From contig JAUYAM010000002.1 of NCBI GenBank assembly GCA_030693425.1, forward strand, positions 186,949-250,948: a stretch of DNA of 64,000 nt. The letters run 5' to 3'. A program made the position numbers and the translations under genes. The stretch comes from a bacterium (GTDB taxonomy: Bacteria > Patescibacteriota > Minisyncoccia > Minisyncoccales > GWA2-46-15). The notes under the pieces were generated by a model. It was not told the origin of the DNA, ran no database searches, and worked only from the letters and a program-made list of their open reading frames with translations. Positions 28,951-38,765 of this stretch are shown here, piece by piece; within the stretch, counting starts at the first letter, position 1; each line of letters begins with the position of its first letter.

Positions 28951-29127
28951 TTATTGGGGGTCCTCCAGCTCCCCCTGTTTTTTGCGCAATGCCTCGAGTT
29001 CTGTCTTAAGCTCGGCGCGGCGCGAATCGTCTTTCTCAGTGGCTTCTATTTCTTTTTCAGCCCTAGCGATCTCCCGCCGAACCTCAGGCAGGGTCTTAAG
29101 CTTGCCAATGGTATCGAGATTGCACAC
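28951..29127 (-). CDS. small charged coiled-coil protein (hypothetical), GTG start with a GGAGG SD
   Basis: GGAGG-8nt-GTG. The ~58-aa product is K/E/R-rich, and the stretch is GC-rich. Confidence 0.3.
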   Translation of the reverse strand: MCNLDTIGKLKTLPEVRREIARAEKEIEATEKDDSRRAELKTELEALRKKQGELEDPQ

Positions 29128-29233
29128 GGCTATCACCTCCTTCCATAACTAGAAACGAATTCTGGGATATTTTATTTAACACAATTCTAAAAAACTGGCA
29201 AGATGCCTTAGCGTCGCAAGTTACAATATGGGG

Positions 29234-29309
29234 CGGGCCGGACGGGATTTAAACCCGTGGTCTCCTCCGTGACAGGGAGGCGCTTTTAGTCAGACTAAGC
29301 TACCGGCCC
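29234..29309 (-). tRNA. tRNA-Asp (anticodon GTC)
   Basis: Manual cloverleaf: acceptor GGGCCGG/CCGGCCC, anticodon loop CTGTCAC, T-loop TTTAAAT, discriminator G. Confidence 0.85.
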
Positions 29310-29360
29310 AATAATAATTCCCAACTCTGGTGTCAGGGGCGGGGATCACGCCCGCTTCCC

Positions 29361-29417
29361 TATGCCCTAGACAGTAATCGAACTGTCGGGCACCCGATCG
29401 ACGAAGTCGATTTAGGG
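29361..29417 (-). ncRNA. tRNA-like minihelix in the 3' trailer of tRNA-Met
   Basis: Minus strand: CCCTA-AATCGACTTCGTCGAT-CGGGTGCCCG-GACAGTTCGATTACTGTC-TAGGG. This gives an acceptor-like 5-bp stem enclosing two hairpins and a T-arm-like hairpin with a TTCGATT loop. Confidence 0.4.
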
Positions 29418-29490
29418 TGGCTGGGGTGAGGATCGAACTCACGACACCAGGCTTATGAGTCCTGTGCTCTACCACTGAGCTACCCAGCCC
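29418..29490 (-). tRNA. tRNA-Met (anticodon CAT), elongator type or tRNA-Ile2(LAU), with an extra 5' G
   Basis: Acceptor GGCTGGG/CCCAGCC, D-arm GCTC/GAGC, anticodon loop CTCATAA, T-loop TTCGATC, discriminator A. Confidence 0.8.
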
Positions 29491-29514
29491 TACTCCCCGC
29501 TGAACCACACTGAC

Positions 29515-29556
29515 GTATCAACTAGACGCTAATTCCTAGCCGCTAGTCGCTATCCA
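29515..29556. repeat. CTAGACGCTA / CTAGCCGCTAG repeat (family C) in the tRNA spacer
   Basis: ACTAGACGCTAATTCCTAGCCGCTAGTCGC. Related to the array at 47690-47765. Confidence 0.55.
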
Positions 29557-29557
29557 T

Positions 29558-29628
29558 TTGCGGGGGCCGGAATTGCACCGGCGTCCCAAGGTTATGAGCC
29601 TCGTGAGGTACTACTCCTCCACCCCGCG
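29558..29628 (-). tRNA. initiator tRNA-fMet (anticodon CAT)
   Basis: Acceptor CGCGGGG/CCCCGCA with a C1·A72 mismatch and an A11:U24 pair. Two G-C pairs close the anticodon stem. The unusual T-loop TGCAATT has G at position 55. 71 nt. Close to the E. coli tRNA-fMet acceptor and D stems. Confidence 0.8.
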
Positions 29629-29634
29629 ATGTAA

Positions 29635-30150
29635 CTAGAGAGCGTCCAGCTCGCGCAAAGCCTTTTCGTAAATAGACAGAGTTTTGGTCGCTTCTTCCAT
29701 GTCCAGCCTGTAATCTGGGTCGTGGACAATGTTGTTGCGCGTCTGGTGGGCGCTGACCAGATCGTCGAGGCTTGGCACCTGGTCCTCTCTGATCTTCTTT
29801 AACCTGTCGCCAAAGCTTTCTCCGCCGAACCCCATTCTTATCAGAACTCCCTCGAGCAGGCTTTCGGCCTCGATGACGGCCAGCTTCCAATCAGCCATGT
29901 TGGGATTCTCCAGCCTTCTGGAGACAATCGTCCATTTCTTTTCTATCCTGCCGCTCTCGTATCCCCTTTGCCTAAAGAACTCCGTCCAGTCTATCCAAAA
30001 ACCCATTTTGATGAAACTCATTGGCTTTTGAAAAAGGGAAAAAATAGCCCAAAACAAGAATAACAGAAAGACAAAAGGACCGAGGTTTTGGGCCAATCCG
30101 ATTATGTATTGAACTGTCGGATGATTCAGAAGAAGGCTGGCTAAGTCCAT
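29635..30150 (-). CDS. membrane-anchored protein with a C-terminal HEPN-like domain (Rx4H motif)
   Basis: N-terminal TM helix. C-terminal helical domain with AHQTRNNIVHD (R-N-x3-H). Its stop overlaps the 5' end of tRNA-fMet by 7 nt. Confidence 0.5.
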   Translation of the reverse strand: MDLASLLLNHPTVQYIIGLAQNLGPFVFLLFLFWAIFSLFQKPMSFIKMGFWIDWTEFFRQRGYESGRIEKKWTIVSRRLENPNMADWKLAVIEAESLLEGVLIRMGFGGESFGDRLKKIREDQVPSLDDLVSAHQTRNNIVHDPDYRLDMEEATKTLSIYEKALRELDAL

Positions 30151-30209
30151 AGTTAGAATATAGCAAAGAAATTTACTAAAATCAATAAATTGTGTTAAGA
30201 TTTAAAAAT

Positions 30210-30506
30210 ATGTCAAAAGAGCTGAGCTCAAAAGAAGTAAGGCACGTCGCCGAACTGGCCCGCATCGGCCTTTCTGATGAAGAGGTGAAAAAGTTTGAAA
30301 AACAACTCTCGGCGATCTTAGATTTCATTGGCAAGCTTCAAGAGATCGACACTTCCAAAACTGAGCCTCTGAGCCAGACGACCGGCCTGAAAAATATCTT
30401 TAGGGAAGATTTGGTTTCCCCGTCTCTTGCTCAGGAACAGGTTTTGAGCAACGCTCCGGCGACCTTTAAAGGTTACTTCAAAACCAAAGCCGTTTTTAAT
30501 GTTTGA
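30210..30506 (+). CDS. gatC: Asp/Glu-tRNA amidotransferase subunit C
   Basis: MSKELSSKEVRHVAELARIGLSDEEV... matches GatC. Confidence 0.88.
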   Translation: MSKELSSKEVRHVAELARIGLSDEEVKKFEKQLSAILDFIGKLQEIDTSKTEPLSQTTGLKNIFREDLVSPSLAQEQVLSNAPATFKGYFKTKAVFNV

Positions 30507-31917
30507 TCTAACTATTAGAGAAGTTGCCCAAAAGTTGAGAAGCAAAGAGTTCTCTGTCAGAGAATTAGTTTTGGCGACTTTAGATAAGATCCAAAAGGAA
30601 GATATTAAAATCAATGCCTTTGTCACCGTCTGTGCAGACCAAGCCTTAGAAGCGGCTAATAGAGCCGATAAATTAATCGCCAAGACCCCGGCCGATGAGC
30701 TGCCCATTCTTTGCGGCATTCCCTTTACGGCCAAAGACGTATTTTGCACTAAGGGCGTTGAAACTACGGCTTCATCAAATGTCCTTAAAAATTTCCTCCC
30801 TCCTTATGACGCCACCCCGATCAAAAGGGTAAAGCAAGAAGGCGCCATTCTTATCGGTAAAACCAATTGCGATGCTTGGGGGCACGGCGCCTCAACCGAA
30901 AATTCTGATTTTTTTCCCACCAGAAATCCCTGGAACCTAGATTACGTGCCCGGCGGCTCGTGCGGGGGATCGGCCGCAGCCGTTGCCTGCGGTATGGGGT
31001 TTTTCTCAATCGCTGAAGATACCGGCGGTTCAATCAGGCAACCGTCCGCTTTTTGCAACGTCACCGGCTTGAAAGTGACTTATGGCAGAGTGTCGCGTTA
31101 CGGCGCAATTGCCTTTGCCTGTTCCCTAGATACCGTCGGGCCAATAGCTAAAACCGTTGATGATTGCGCTCTTGTTTTGCAAAAAATAGCTGGGCCGGAT
31201 GACCTTGACGCTACCGCCGTCTTAGACGCGCCTCCAGACTATATCAATTGTTTAACCAAGGGCTTTAAAAACATCGTTCTGGGCTTGCCTAAAGAATACT
31301 ATGGAGCCGGTTTAGATAAAGAAATTCGCCAAGCTATTGATGAAACAATCAGGATCTTTGAAGGGTTGGGCGCCAGAACAATTGAAATTAGTTTGCCGGC
31401 CACCGCAAGATCCGTGCCGACCTACTATATTATCGCTCCCAGCGAAACTAGTTCAAATCTGGCGCGATACGACGGGATAAGATTCGGCCACTCTCGCGAC
31501 TCTTTCGGAGCCGAGGCCAAGAGGCGGATTATGCTTGGCACTTACGCCTTATCTGCCGGCTATTATGACGCTTATTATAAACGGGCGATGAAAGTCAGAA
31601 ACCTTATCAAAAAAGATTTTGACAAGGCTTTTACCGAAGTTGACGCAATTATTGCGCCGATCACTCCGACGCCTCCTTTTAAAATCGGGGAAAAAACAGA
31701 CGATCCAGTGGCAATGTACTTATGCGACGTCTATTCTGGGCCGATAAACTTAGCCGGCATCCCCTCTCTGGCTATGCCTTGCGGTTTTACCAAAAATAAC
31801 CTGCCGATTGGTTTCCAACTGATCGGCCCCCAGTTATCAGAATCATTGTTGTTTGCCGCCGGCCACGCCTACCAACAAGTTACCGATTGGCACAAAAGAA
31901 AACCGAATCTAAACTAA
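30499..31917 (+). CDS. gatA: Asp/Glu-tRNA amidotransferase subunit A
   Basis: Amidase signature GGSCGGSAAAVA. 472 aa. Confidence 0.93.
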   Translation: MFDLTIREVAQKLRSKEFSVRELVLATLDKIQKEDIKINAFVTVCADQALEAANRADKLIAKTPADELPILCGIPFTAKDVFCTKGVETTASSNVLKNFLPPYDATPIKRVKQEGAILIGKTNCDAWGHGASTENSDFFPTRNPWNLDYVPGGSCGGSAAAVACGMGFFSIAEDTGGSIRQPSAFCNVTGLKVTYGRVSRYGAIAFACSLDTVGPIAKTVDDCALVLQKIAGPDDLDATAVLDAPPDYINCLTKGFKNIVLGLPKEYYGAGLDKEIRQAIDETIRIFEGLGARTIEISLPATARSVPTYYIIAPSETSSNLARYDGIRFGHSRDSFGAEAKRRIMLGTYALSAGYYDAYYKRAMKVRNLIKKDFDKAFTEVDAIIAPITPTPPFKIGEKTDDPVAMYLCDVYSGPINLAGIPSLAMPCGFTKNNLPIGFQLIGPQLSESLLFAAGHAYQQVTDWHKRKPNLN

Positions 31918-31918
31918 A

Positions 31919-33265
<1,347 letters not shown>

Positions 33266-33271
33266 TTTTAG

Positions 33272-33356
33272 TTCGCCTGGATTCGCTTTCTTATTCGCGT
33301 AGATTCGCGTATCACACGAAAAAAACGCGAAACAGAACACGAAATAACACGAAAAC
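33272..33356. repeat. dyad-symmetric array of phased short motifs ((A)TTCGC(G) x4, then (C)ACGAAA/CGCGAAA x4, ~11-nt period) in the asnS–gatB spacer
   Basis: TTCGCG and CGCGAA are reverse complements. The centre lies near 33312. Confidence 0.55.
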
Positions 33357-33361
33357 AAAAT

Positions 33362-34702
33362 ATGAAGTATAAACCAGTAATAGGATTAGAGATTCATATT
33401 GAGCTTGCCACGGCCAGCAAGATGTTTTGCGGCTGTGATGCCTTTCATTTTAACGTGGAACCCAATACCCATTGCTGCCCGGTATGCCTGGGGCTGCCCG
33501 GGGCTTTGCCTGTTCCCAACAGAAAAGCGGTTGACTGGTCAATCATGCTGGGATTGGCTTTGAATTGCCGGGTTCCCGAGGAATCCAAGTTCGATCGGAA
33601 AAACTATTTTTACCCGGATTTGCCGAAAGGCTACCAGATCAGCCAGTACGACAAGCCATTGTCTATCGAAGGCAAAATAGCTTTGAAAGACGGCAAGGTG
33701 ATCGCCATCAGGAGGGTTCACCTTGAAGAAGACACCGGAAAATTAATCCATACCGAAATCGAGGGCGAAAAAGCAACCTTAATAGATTTTAACAGGTCAG
33801 GCGTCCCCCTGGTCGAGGTTGTTACCGAACCGGACTTTGAAAACGCCGAACAGGTTGACGAGTTCCTGAAAAAACTCCAATTGATTGTCCGGTATTTGGG
33901 AATTTCCCAAGCGGACATGGAAAAAGGTTCAATGAGGCTGGAACCGAACATCTCGGTTAGGACATGCGATGTCCTTTGGACATCGCATGTCCAAGACGAA
34001 TTGCCTCCTTACAAGATTGAAGTAAAGAACATCAACTCTTTCAAGTTTGTCAGAAAAGCGATCGACTACGAAATCAAAAGGCAGATAGAATCACTGGGAA
34101 AGGGCGAGAGATTGGTTCAAGAGACCCGGGGCTGGAATGAAACCAAGGGAATAACGGTTTTACAGAGAGAAAAAGAACAAGCCCATGATTATCGCTATTT
34201 CCCCGAACCTGACATCCCGCCAATGGCTTTCAGCCAAGATCAAATATTAAAAATCAAAAGTCAAATAGGCGAACTCCCCGACGACAAAATCAAAAGGTTT
34301 ATTGCCAAATACGATTTAAGCGAATATAATGTGGAGATTTTATGCCAGGAAAAGCCCATCGCCGATTACTTCGAAGAAACCGTCAAGGCCGGCAAAAAAG
34401 ATCTCTCCCCTGCCCAAATTGCCAACTGGATAATCAACAAAAAACTAGATATTAGCAAAACTTCCCCTGAAGAATTGATAAAAACCATTGCCGAATCCCG
34501 GCAAGTGTTTGAAATCAGCGATGGCGACTTGGAAAAAATCATTGCTAAGGTCATTGCTGAAAATCCTAAAGCAGTTGAAGATTACAAGAAGGGCAAAACC
34601 AGCGTTTTAGGGTTTTTAATCGGCAAAGTAGTTTCAGTCACCAATCCCTCTATAGACAAAAAACTTGTCCAGCAAAAACTGGCAGAAAAACTAAGAATTT
34701 GA
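33362..34702 (+). CDS. gatB: Asp/Glu-tRNA amidotransferase subunit B, with an in-frame palindromic insert
   Basis: MKYKPVIGLEIHIEL... and the GatB/YqeY tail. RTCDVLWTSHVQ is encoded by a perfect 15-bp inverted repeat at 33960-33992. Confidence 0.92.
   Translation: MKYKPVIGLEIHIELATASKMFCGCDAFHFNVEPNTHCCPVCLGLPGALPVPNRKAVDWSIMLGLALNCRVPEESKFDRKNYFYPDLPKGYQISQYDKPLSIEGKIALKDGKVIAIRRVHLEEDTGKLIHTEIEGEKATLIDFNRSGVPLVEVVTEPDFENAEQVDEFLKKLQLIVRYLGISQADMEKGSMRLEPNISVRTCDVLWTSHVQDELPPYKIEVKNINSFKFVRKAIDYEIKRQIESLGKGERLVQETRGWNETKGITVLQREKEQAHDYRYFPEPDIPPMAFSQDQILKIKSQIGELPDDKIKRFIAKYDLSEYNVEILCQEKPIADYFEETVKAGKKDLSPAQIANWIINKKLDISKTSPEELIKTIAESRQVFEISDGDLEKIIAKVIAENPKAVEDYKKGKTSVLGFLIGKVVSVTNPSIDKKLVQQKLAEKLRI
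33960..33992. repeat. perfect 15-bp inverted repeat GGACATGCGATGTCC-TTT-GGACATCGCATGTCC in-frame inside gatB
   Basis: Each arm is itself a 6-3-6 palindrome. The same unit recurs intergenically at 35565-35581. Confidence 0.85.
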
Positions 34703-34981
34703 TTCAACTTATGGGGAGCTTAGCTTCCCGCAACCAAAATACGAAATAACTCATAAAACCTATTAAATTGAAATATCGATAAACCTACGATCGTAGGTTT
34801 ATCGTATTATTATCCCGAGGTCTGACCTCGGGATATTTTTGCCTTGTTCGGAGAAAACTGATTGAGCCTTTGACAAAAAACGGCAAATAAGGTATCTTAA
34901 AAATGCGTTTCGCTCCTTCTCTTTGGTTGTGGCAAGGCAACAGTGGCTGTTTTAACGGTAAAACATTGTTACCTTGCCCGC

Positions 34982-35054
34982 CGCGGGGTAGCTCAGTTGG
35001 CAGAGCAAGGGGCTCATAACCCTCCAGTCGCAGGTTCGAGTCCTGCCCCCGCTA
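34982..35054 (+). tRNA. tRNA-Met-like (anticodon CAT) with an initiator-type acceptor stem and three anticodon-stem G-C pairs but an elongator-like D stem
   Basis: Acceptor CGCGGGG/CCCCGCT (C1·U72 mismatch), D-arm GCTC/GAGC, anticodon stem AGGGG/CCCTC, loop CTCATAA, T-loop TTCGAGT, discriminator A. A terminator follows. Confidence 0.8.
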
Positions 35055-35057
35055 CCT

Positions 35058-35114
35058 AAGGCGGTCGGTTCTCTCTCAGATTGACACTCTCCGGAGAGTT
35101 GACCGCCTTTTTTA
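35058..35114 (+). terminator. Rho-independent terminator after the tRNA (AAGGCGGTC...GACCGCCTT plus T-run, with a nested CTCTCCGGAGAG hairpin)
   Basis: 9-bp outer stem, inner palindrome, TTTTTTA. Confidence 0.6.
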
Positions 35115-35582
35115 TTTTCCTAGAGAAATTTTTTTGGGTGCCCAAAAAACAACGCTTAACCAAAGCTATAGCAATGATAAGGCGTGATATTTAAAGGTGA
35201 CTGTCACCTAAAGGTTATCCCGAGGTCAGACCTCGGGCTGCTTTTATTTTGCCAAAACAAGTCCTATCGGAGACCCGCTCTCCGATTTTTTATTTAATCC
35301 CAGAAGTTAATAAAACAAAAGCTGTCAAATAAAACAAAAGCTGTCAATATAACCTACGATCGTGCGTAATGGTGACAGCTTTTTGTAATTTATGCTTAGC
35401 TAATTTGTGCTTAGCCAAGCTAAGCACAAAACTTATCCCTTACTACTTACTGCTTTCTACATACTGCATTTTTCATTTGACAATGTTTTTTGATTAAAGA
35501 TACAATTCAAACTCACGATAAACTCACGATCGTAGGTTTATCGTATATCCACTAGCAAAAAAATCGGACATGCGATGTCCGA

Positions 35583-35616
35583 ATACTAGATACCAGCTAC
35601 TAGATACTAAATACTA
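35583..35616. repeat. AT-rich family A repeat, copy 4, just downstream of the mreB stop
   Basis: ATACTAGATACCAGCTACTAGATACTAAATACTAT. Confidence 0.65.
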
Positions 35617-35618
35617 TA

Positions 35619-36689
35619 TTATTTCAGCGGTTCCAGGCCTTCTGTTTCCACCAGCACCTCGGCCAAGTCATCCAGGTTTTCCAAAACCATGCCTGCCCCT
35701 CTGGCCACGGCTGTCATCGGGTCTTCAATCACCCTGGCCTTGATCTTGGCCTCTTTGGTAATTAAGGTATCCAAACCTCTTAACAAAGAGCCTCCTCCTG
35801 ATAGCCAGATGCCCTTGGCCATAATGTCTGCCAGAAGCTCGGGAGGAGTTTCTTCAATAGTCATCTTAATCGTGTTAATAATCTGCTTGACTGATTTTTC
35901 CATTGCTTTCCTGATATCTTCGTCAGAAACCATAATCTCTTCGGGGAGGCCGGTGACCAAGTTTCTGCCTCTCAAAGGAGCTTCCCTTTTCTCTTTCTGC
36001 GGGTAAACAGACCCAATGGCGATTTTCACTTCTTCGGCAGTCTGTTCGCCAATCAATAGCTTGAATTCCTCTTGGGCAAAGTGGATAATGTCTTCGTTGA
36101 GTTTGTCTCCGGCAATTCTCAGGCTTTTGGCGATGACAATTCCCCCCAAAGAAATAACTGCCACTTCAGTGGTGCCGCCGCCGATATCAACAACAAAGTT
36201 CCCCCCGGCTTCTTGGACTTCAAGCCTGGAACCGATAGCCGCGGCCATGGGCTCTTCAATTAAAAAAACTTGGCCGGCGCCGGCATTGTGAGCCGCATCC
36301 TGAACCGCTTTTTTCTCAACCTCGGTCACTCCCCAGGGGATTCCTATAATAACTCTCGGCCTGATGCCAAGCCTAAGCTTGTCTTTTTGAGCCTTATCTA
36401 TAAAATACCTAAGCATTTGTTCGGTCACTTCAAAGTCGGAAATCACCCCTTTGACCAAAGGCCTAGTGGCAACGATGTGGCCCGGAGTCCGGCCGACCAT
36501 CTTTTTGGCTTCCTCTCCGATAGCTAAAACCTGGCCGGTTTTTTGGTTGATGGCTACCACCGAGGGCTCGGTCATGACAATCCCCTTTCCCCTGACATAA
36601 ACCAGGGAATTGGCGGTTCCCAAATCAATGGCAATGTCCTGGGAAAAACTCCTGAAGATTTTCTCTATGGCTTTCCGGAACTTCTTCAT
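35619..36689 (-). CDS. mreB: rod shape-determining protein MreB (actin homologue)
   Basis: IDLGTANSLVYV..., phosphate-binding loops and GGGTTEVAVISLGG. Confidence 0.9.
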   Translation of the reverse strand: MKKFRKAIEKIFRSFSQDIAIDLGTANSLVYVRGKGIVMTEPSVVAINQKTGQVLAIGEEAKKMVGRTPGHIVATRPLVKGVISDFEVTEQMLRYFIDKAQKDKLRLGIRPRVIIGIPWGVTEVEKKAVQDAAHNAGAGQVFLIEEPMAAAIGSRLEVQEAGGNFVVDIGGGTTEVAVISLGGIVIAKSLRIAGDKLNEDIIHFAQEEFKLLIGEQTAEEVKIAIGSVYPQKEKREAPLRGRNLVTGLPEEIMVSDEDIRKAMEKSVKQIINTIKMTIEETPPELLADIMAKGIWLSGGGSLLRGLDTLITKEAKIKARVIEDPMTAVARGAGMVLENLDDLAEVLVETEGLEPLK

Positions 36690-38395
36690 AATAATTCAAG
36701 AGATTTAATCTTGGCTAAAGTCTTTAGAACTGGAACTAATTCTATTTCTTTTCCGCCTCTTTGCTTGAACTCAAAAGAATCTTTTGCCAGGCTTCTTTCG
36801 CTGACCACGATTCTCAAGGGAATGCCGATTAAGTCGGCGTCGGCGAATTTCTCGCCGGCAGTCTTGTCGGGCCGATCGTCAAAAAGAACTTCTATGCCTT
36901 GTTTTTCAAGCTCTTCATAAAGCTTTCCCGCTACTTTCCTGATCTTGTTGTCATTCTCCAGTTGCAGCAAATGAACTTGGAAAGGCGAAACCACTTTTGG
37001 CCAAATAATGCCTTTGTCGTCGTGGTACTTTTCTACAATCGCTGCCATTGTCCGGCCAATGCCGATGCCGTAACACCCCATATAATAAGGCTTTTCTTTT
37101 CCATTCTCGTCTGTAAAATTAGCTCCTTTCATCAAATGAGTATAATGGTAACCCAGCTGGAAAATATTGCCCACTTCTATCCCCTTTCCCGCTTTGAGTT
37201 TTTGCTTTCCATCAGGGGCCAAATATCCCTCTTTAGCCATGGCAATGTCGCCTTCAAGATAAGGCTTATAATCGCGGCCGATATTAACATTCAATAAGTC
37301 GCAGTATTTTTTATTGGCGCCGGTATAAGCGTTTTTGATTGTCCTCAAAGAATGATCAGCTACCACTTTGACTTTTTTTGAAAGGCCAACCGGTGAAATA
37401 AACCCCGGCCAGGAACCAACGCTTTTTATCTCTTTTTCCGTAGCATGGCGCAATGTCAAAGATTTAGTTAAACGGGCAAGTTTTATTTCATTGACCTCAA
37501 GATCGCCTCTTGTCACTGCCAAAATCAGTTCGCCTTTCTCATTGACAACCATTAAATCTTTCATCTGCTGCCAAGGAGGTAAATGATGAAATTTAACCCC
37601 GTCATCCATGGTCGGCCCTCTTTTTGCCGCCACCTCTTTTAAGGGCAGTATTTTCTCTTTACTGTTTTTGTCTTCGCAATAAAACTTGGCAACCTCTTCG
37701 TGGGCAGCGTATTTGCCGTCCCCAGAAGTTAAGAATTTGCTTTCGCCTATTTTAGAAAGAACAACAAATTCGTGGCAGTATTCCCCGCCGATATAGCCGT
37801 TATCGGCCTCAATCGCCATGGTTTCGAATCCTAAACGATTAAAAATTTTCTCATAAACTTTCCACATCTTCTGATAAGTTTTTTTAAAACTCTCTTCATC
37901 CCTGTCAAAACTATAAGCGTCTTTCATCACAAACTCTTTAACTCTTAAAAGCCCGCCTCTCGGCCTTAACTCGTCCCTGAACTTAGTTGAAAACTGGTAA
38001 AGATTAAACGGCAGATCCTTGTAAGACAGCTTAAATTTTCTCACCAGATCAACAAACATTTCCTCGGCCGTGCCGCCAAGAGCGAATTCTGCTCCATTTC
38101 TGTCCTTTACTCTCATAAGCTCAAAACCCGTAGAGGTAGTCCGGTTTGTTTCTTTCCACAATCCAAGCGGATGGAGAACCGGCGCAATCATCTCCTGGGC
38201 GTCCGAGGAATCCATTTCTTTCTTGATAACTTCCTTGATCTTTTCGTGAACTCGCCAACCAAGTGGTAAAAAATAATACCGTCCGGCGCAGCTCTCGGTA
38301 ATAAAACCGGCTCTCAATAACAACTGATGGCTGCTAAATTGAGCTTCTTTAGGAGCTTGCCTCAGTGTTTTTCCAAAAAGGTTTGACTGCCTCAT
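36686..38395 (-). CDS. proS: prolyl-tRNA synthetase
   Basis: MRQSNLFGKTLRQAPKEAQ... and class II motifs. 569 aa. Confidence 0.92.
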   Translation of the reverse strand: MRQSNLFGKTLRQAPKEAQFSSHQLLLRAGFITESCAGRYYFLPLGWRVHEKIKEVIKKEMDSSDAQEMIAPVLHPLGLWKETNRTTSTGFELMRVKDRNGAEFALGGTAEEMFVDLVRKFKLSYKDLPFNLYQFSTKFRDELRPRGGLLRVKEFVMKDAYSFDRDEESFKKTYQKMWKVYEKIFNRLGFETMAIEADNGYIGGEYCHEFVVLSKIGESKFLTSGDGKYAAHEEVAKFYCEDKNSKEKILPLKEVAAKRGPTMDDGVKFHHLPPWQQMKDLMVVNEKGELILAVTRGDLEVNEIKLARLTKSLTLRHATEKEIKSVGSWPGFISPVGLSKKVKVVADHSLRTIKNAYTGANKKYCDLLNVNIGRDYKPYLEGDIAMAKEGYLAPDGKQKLKAGKGIEVGNIFQLGYHYTHLMKGANFTDENGKEKPYYMGCYGIGIGRTMAAIVEKYHDDKGIIWPKVVSPFQVHLLQLENDNKIRKVAGKLYEELEKQGIEVLFDDRPDKTAGEKFADADLIGIPLRIVVSERSLAKDSFEFKQRGGKEIELVPVLKTLAKIKSLELL

Positions 38396-38499
38396 ATTTA
38401 TTTAATTTACCTTAATTTTACTAAAAAAGCAAAACCTGTTAGGGTGGAAAGGGGTCAGGTAACCGGCGCAAACTGGTAACACCGACCCCTTTCTTTTTT

Positions 38500-38715
38500 T
38501 TATCTGGGCGGTGGGATCTTTAGTTCGAGCCACTTCTTCACGCAGTGATGCTCGGACCAATGATGGGCCCAGACTGTCTGCCATGATTTTACTTTTCCTT
38601 GGTCGTCGCGGACCGGGAAAGTAACCATGCTCATACAATTTTCGCAGCCTTGTTTGCCGCAATAGTAGCAGACATGGAAAACTCCTTGGCAGACATGGTT
38701 TTGGGTGGCGGTCAT
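38500..38715 (-). CDS. small Cys/His-rich putative metal-binding protein (71 aa), start at an internal ATG with an AAGGAG SD
   Basis: AAGGAGATTGAA-ATG. Product MTATQNHVCQGVFHVCYYCGKQGCENC...WAHHWSEHHC, with CxxCG-type knuckles and a His cluster. Confidence 0.5.
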   Translation of the reverse strand: MTATQNHVCQGVFHVCYYCGKQGCENCMSMVTFPVRDDQGKVKSWQTVWAHHWSEHHCVKKWLELKIPPPR

Positions 38716-38765
38716 TTCAATCTCCTTTCTCCCGAGGCCGGGAACAAAAAACCGCCCCGAGAAAA

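Larger units (their letters stand above)
34703..35618. repeat. repeat- and palindrome-dense noncoding island (gatB–mreB), containing a CAT-anticodon tRNA
   Basis: 28-nt perfect palindrome at 34777-34804, with a near-copy at 35516-35543. CCCGAGGTCNGACCTCGGG at 34811-34835 and 35217-35237. GGTGACTGTCACC. A GCTTAGC-based hairpin at 35404-35430. Direct repeat AAAACAAAAGCTGTCAA x2. GGACATGCGATGTCC at 35565-35581. Confidence 0.7.

Noticed and set aside
34703-35618. Possible CRISPR array, because of the many short repeats and palindromes
   Set aside because: The repeats are palindromes and dispersed inverted copies, not regularly spaced identical direct repeats with unique spacers. No cas operon is adjacent (only a solo Cas4-like gene 10 kb away).
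38402-38662. 86-aa minus-strand ORF overlapping the small Cys/His protein gene
   Set aside because: It is an out-of-frame overlap with the better-supported SD-preceded ORF, the product is basic and low-complexity, and there is no RBS.
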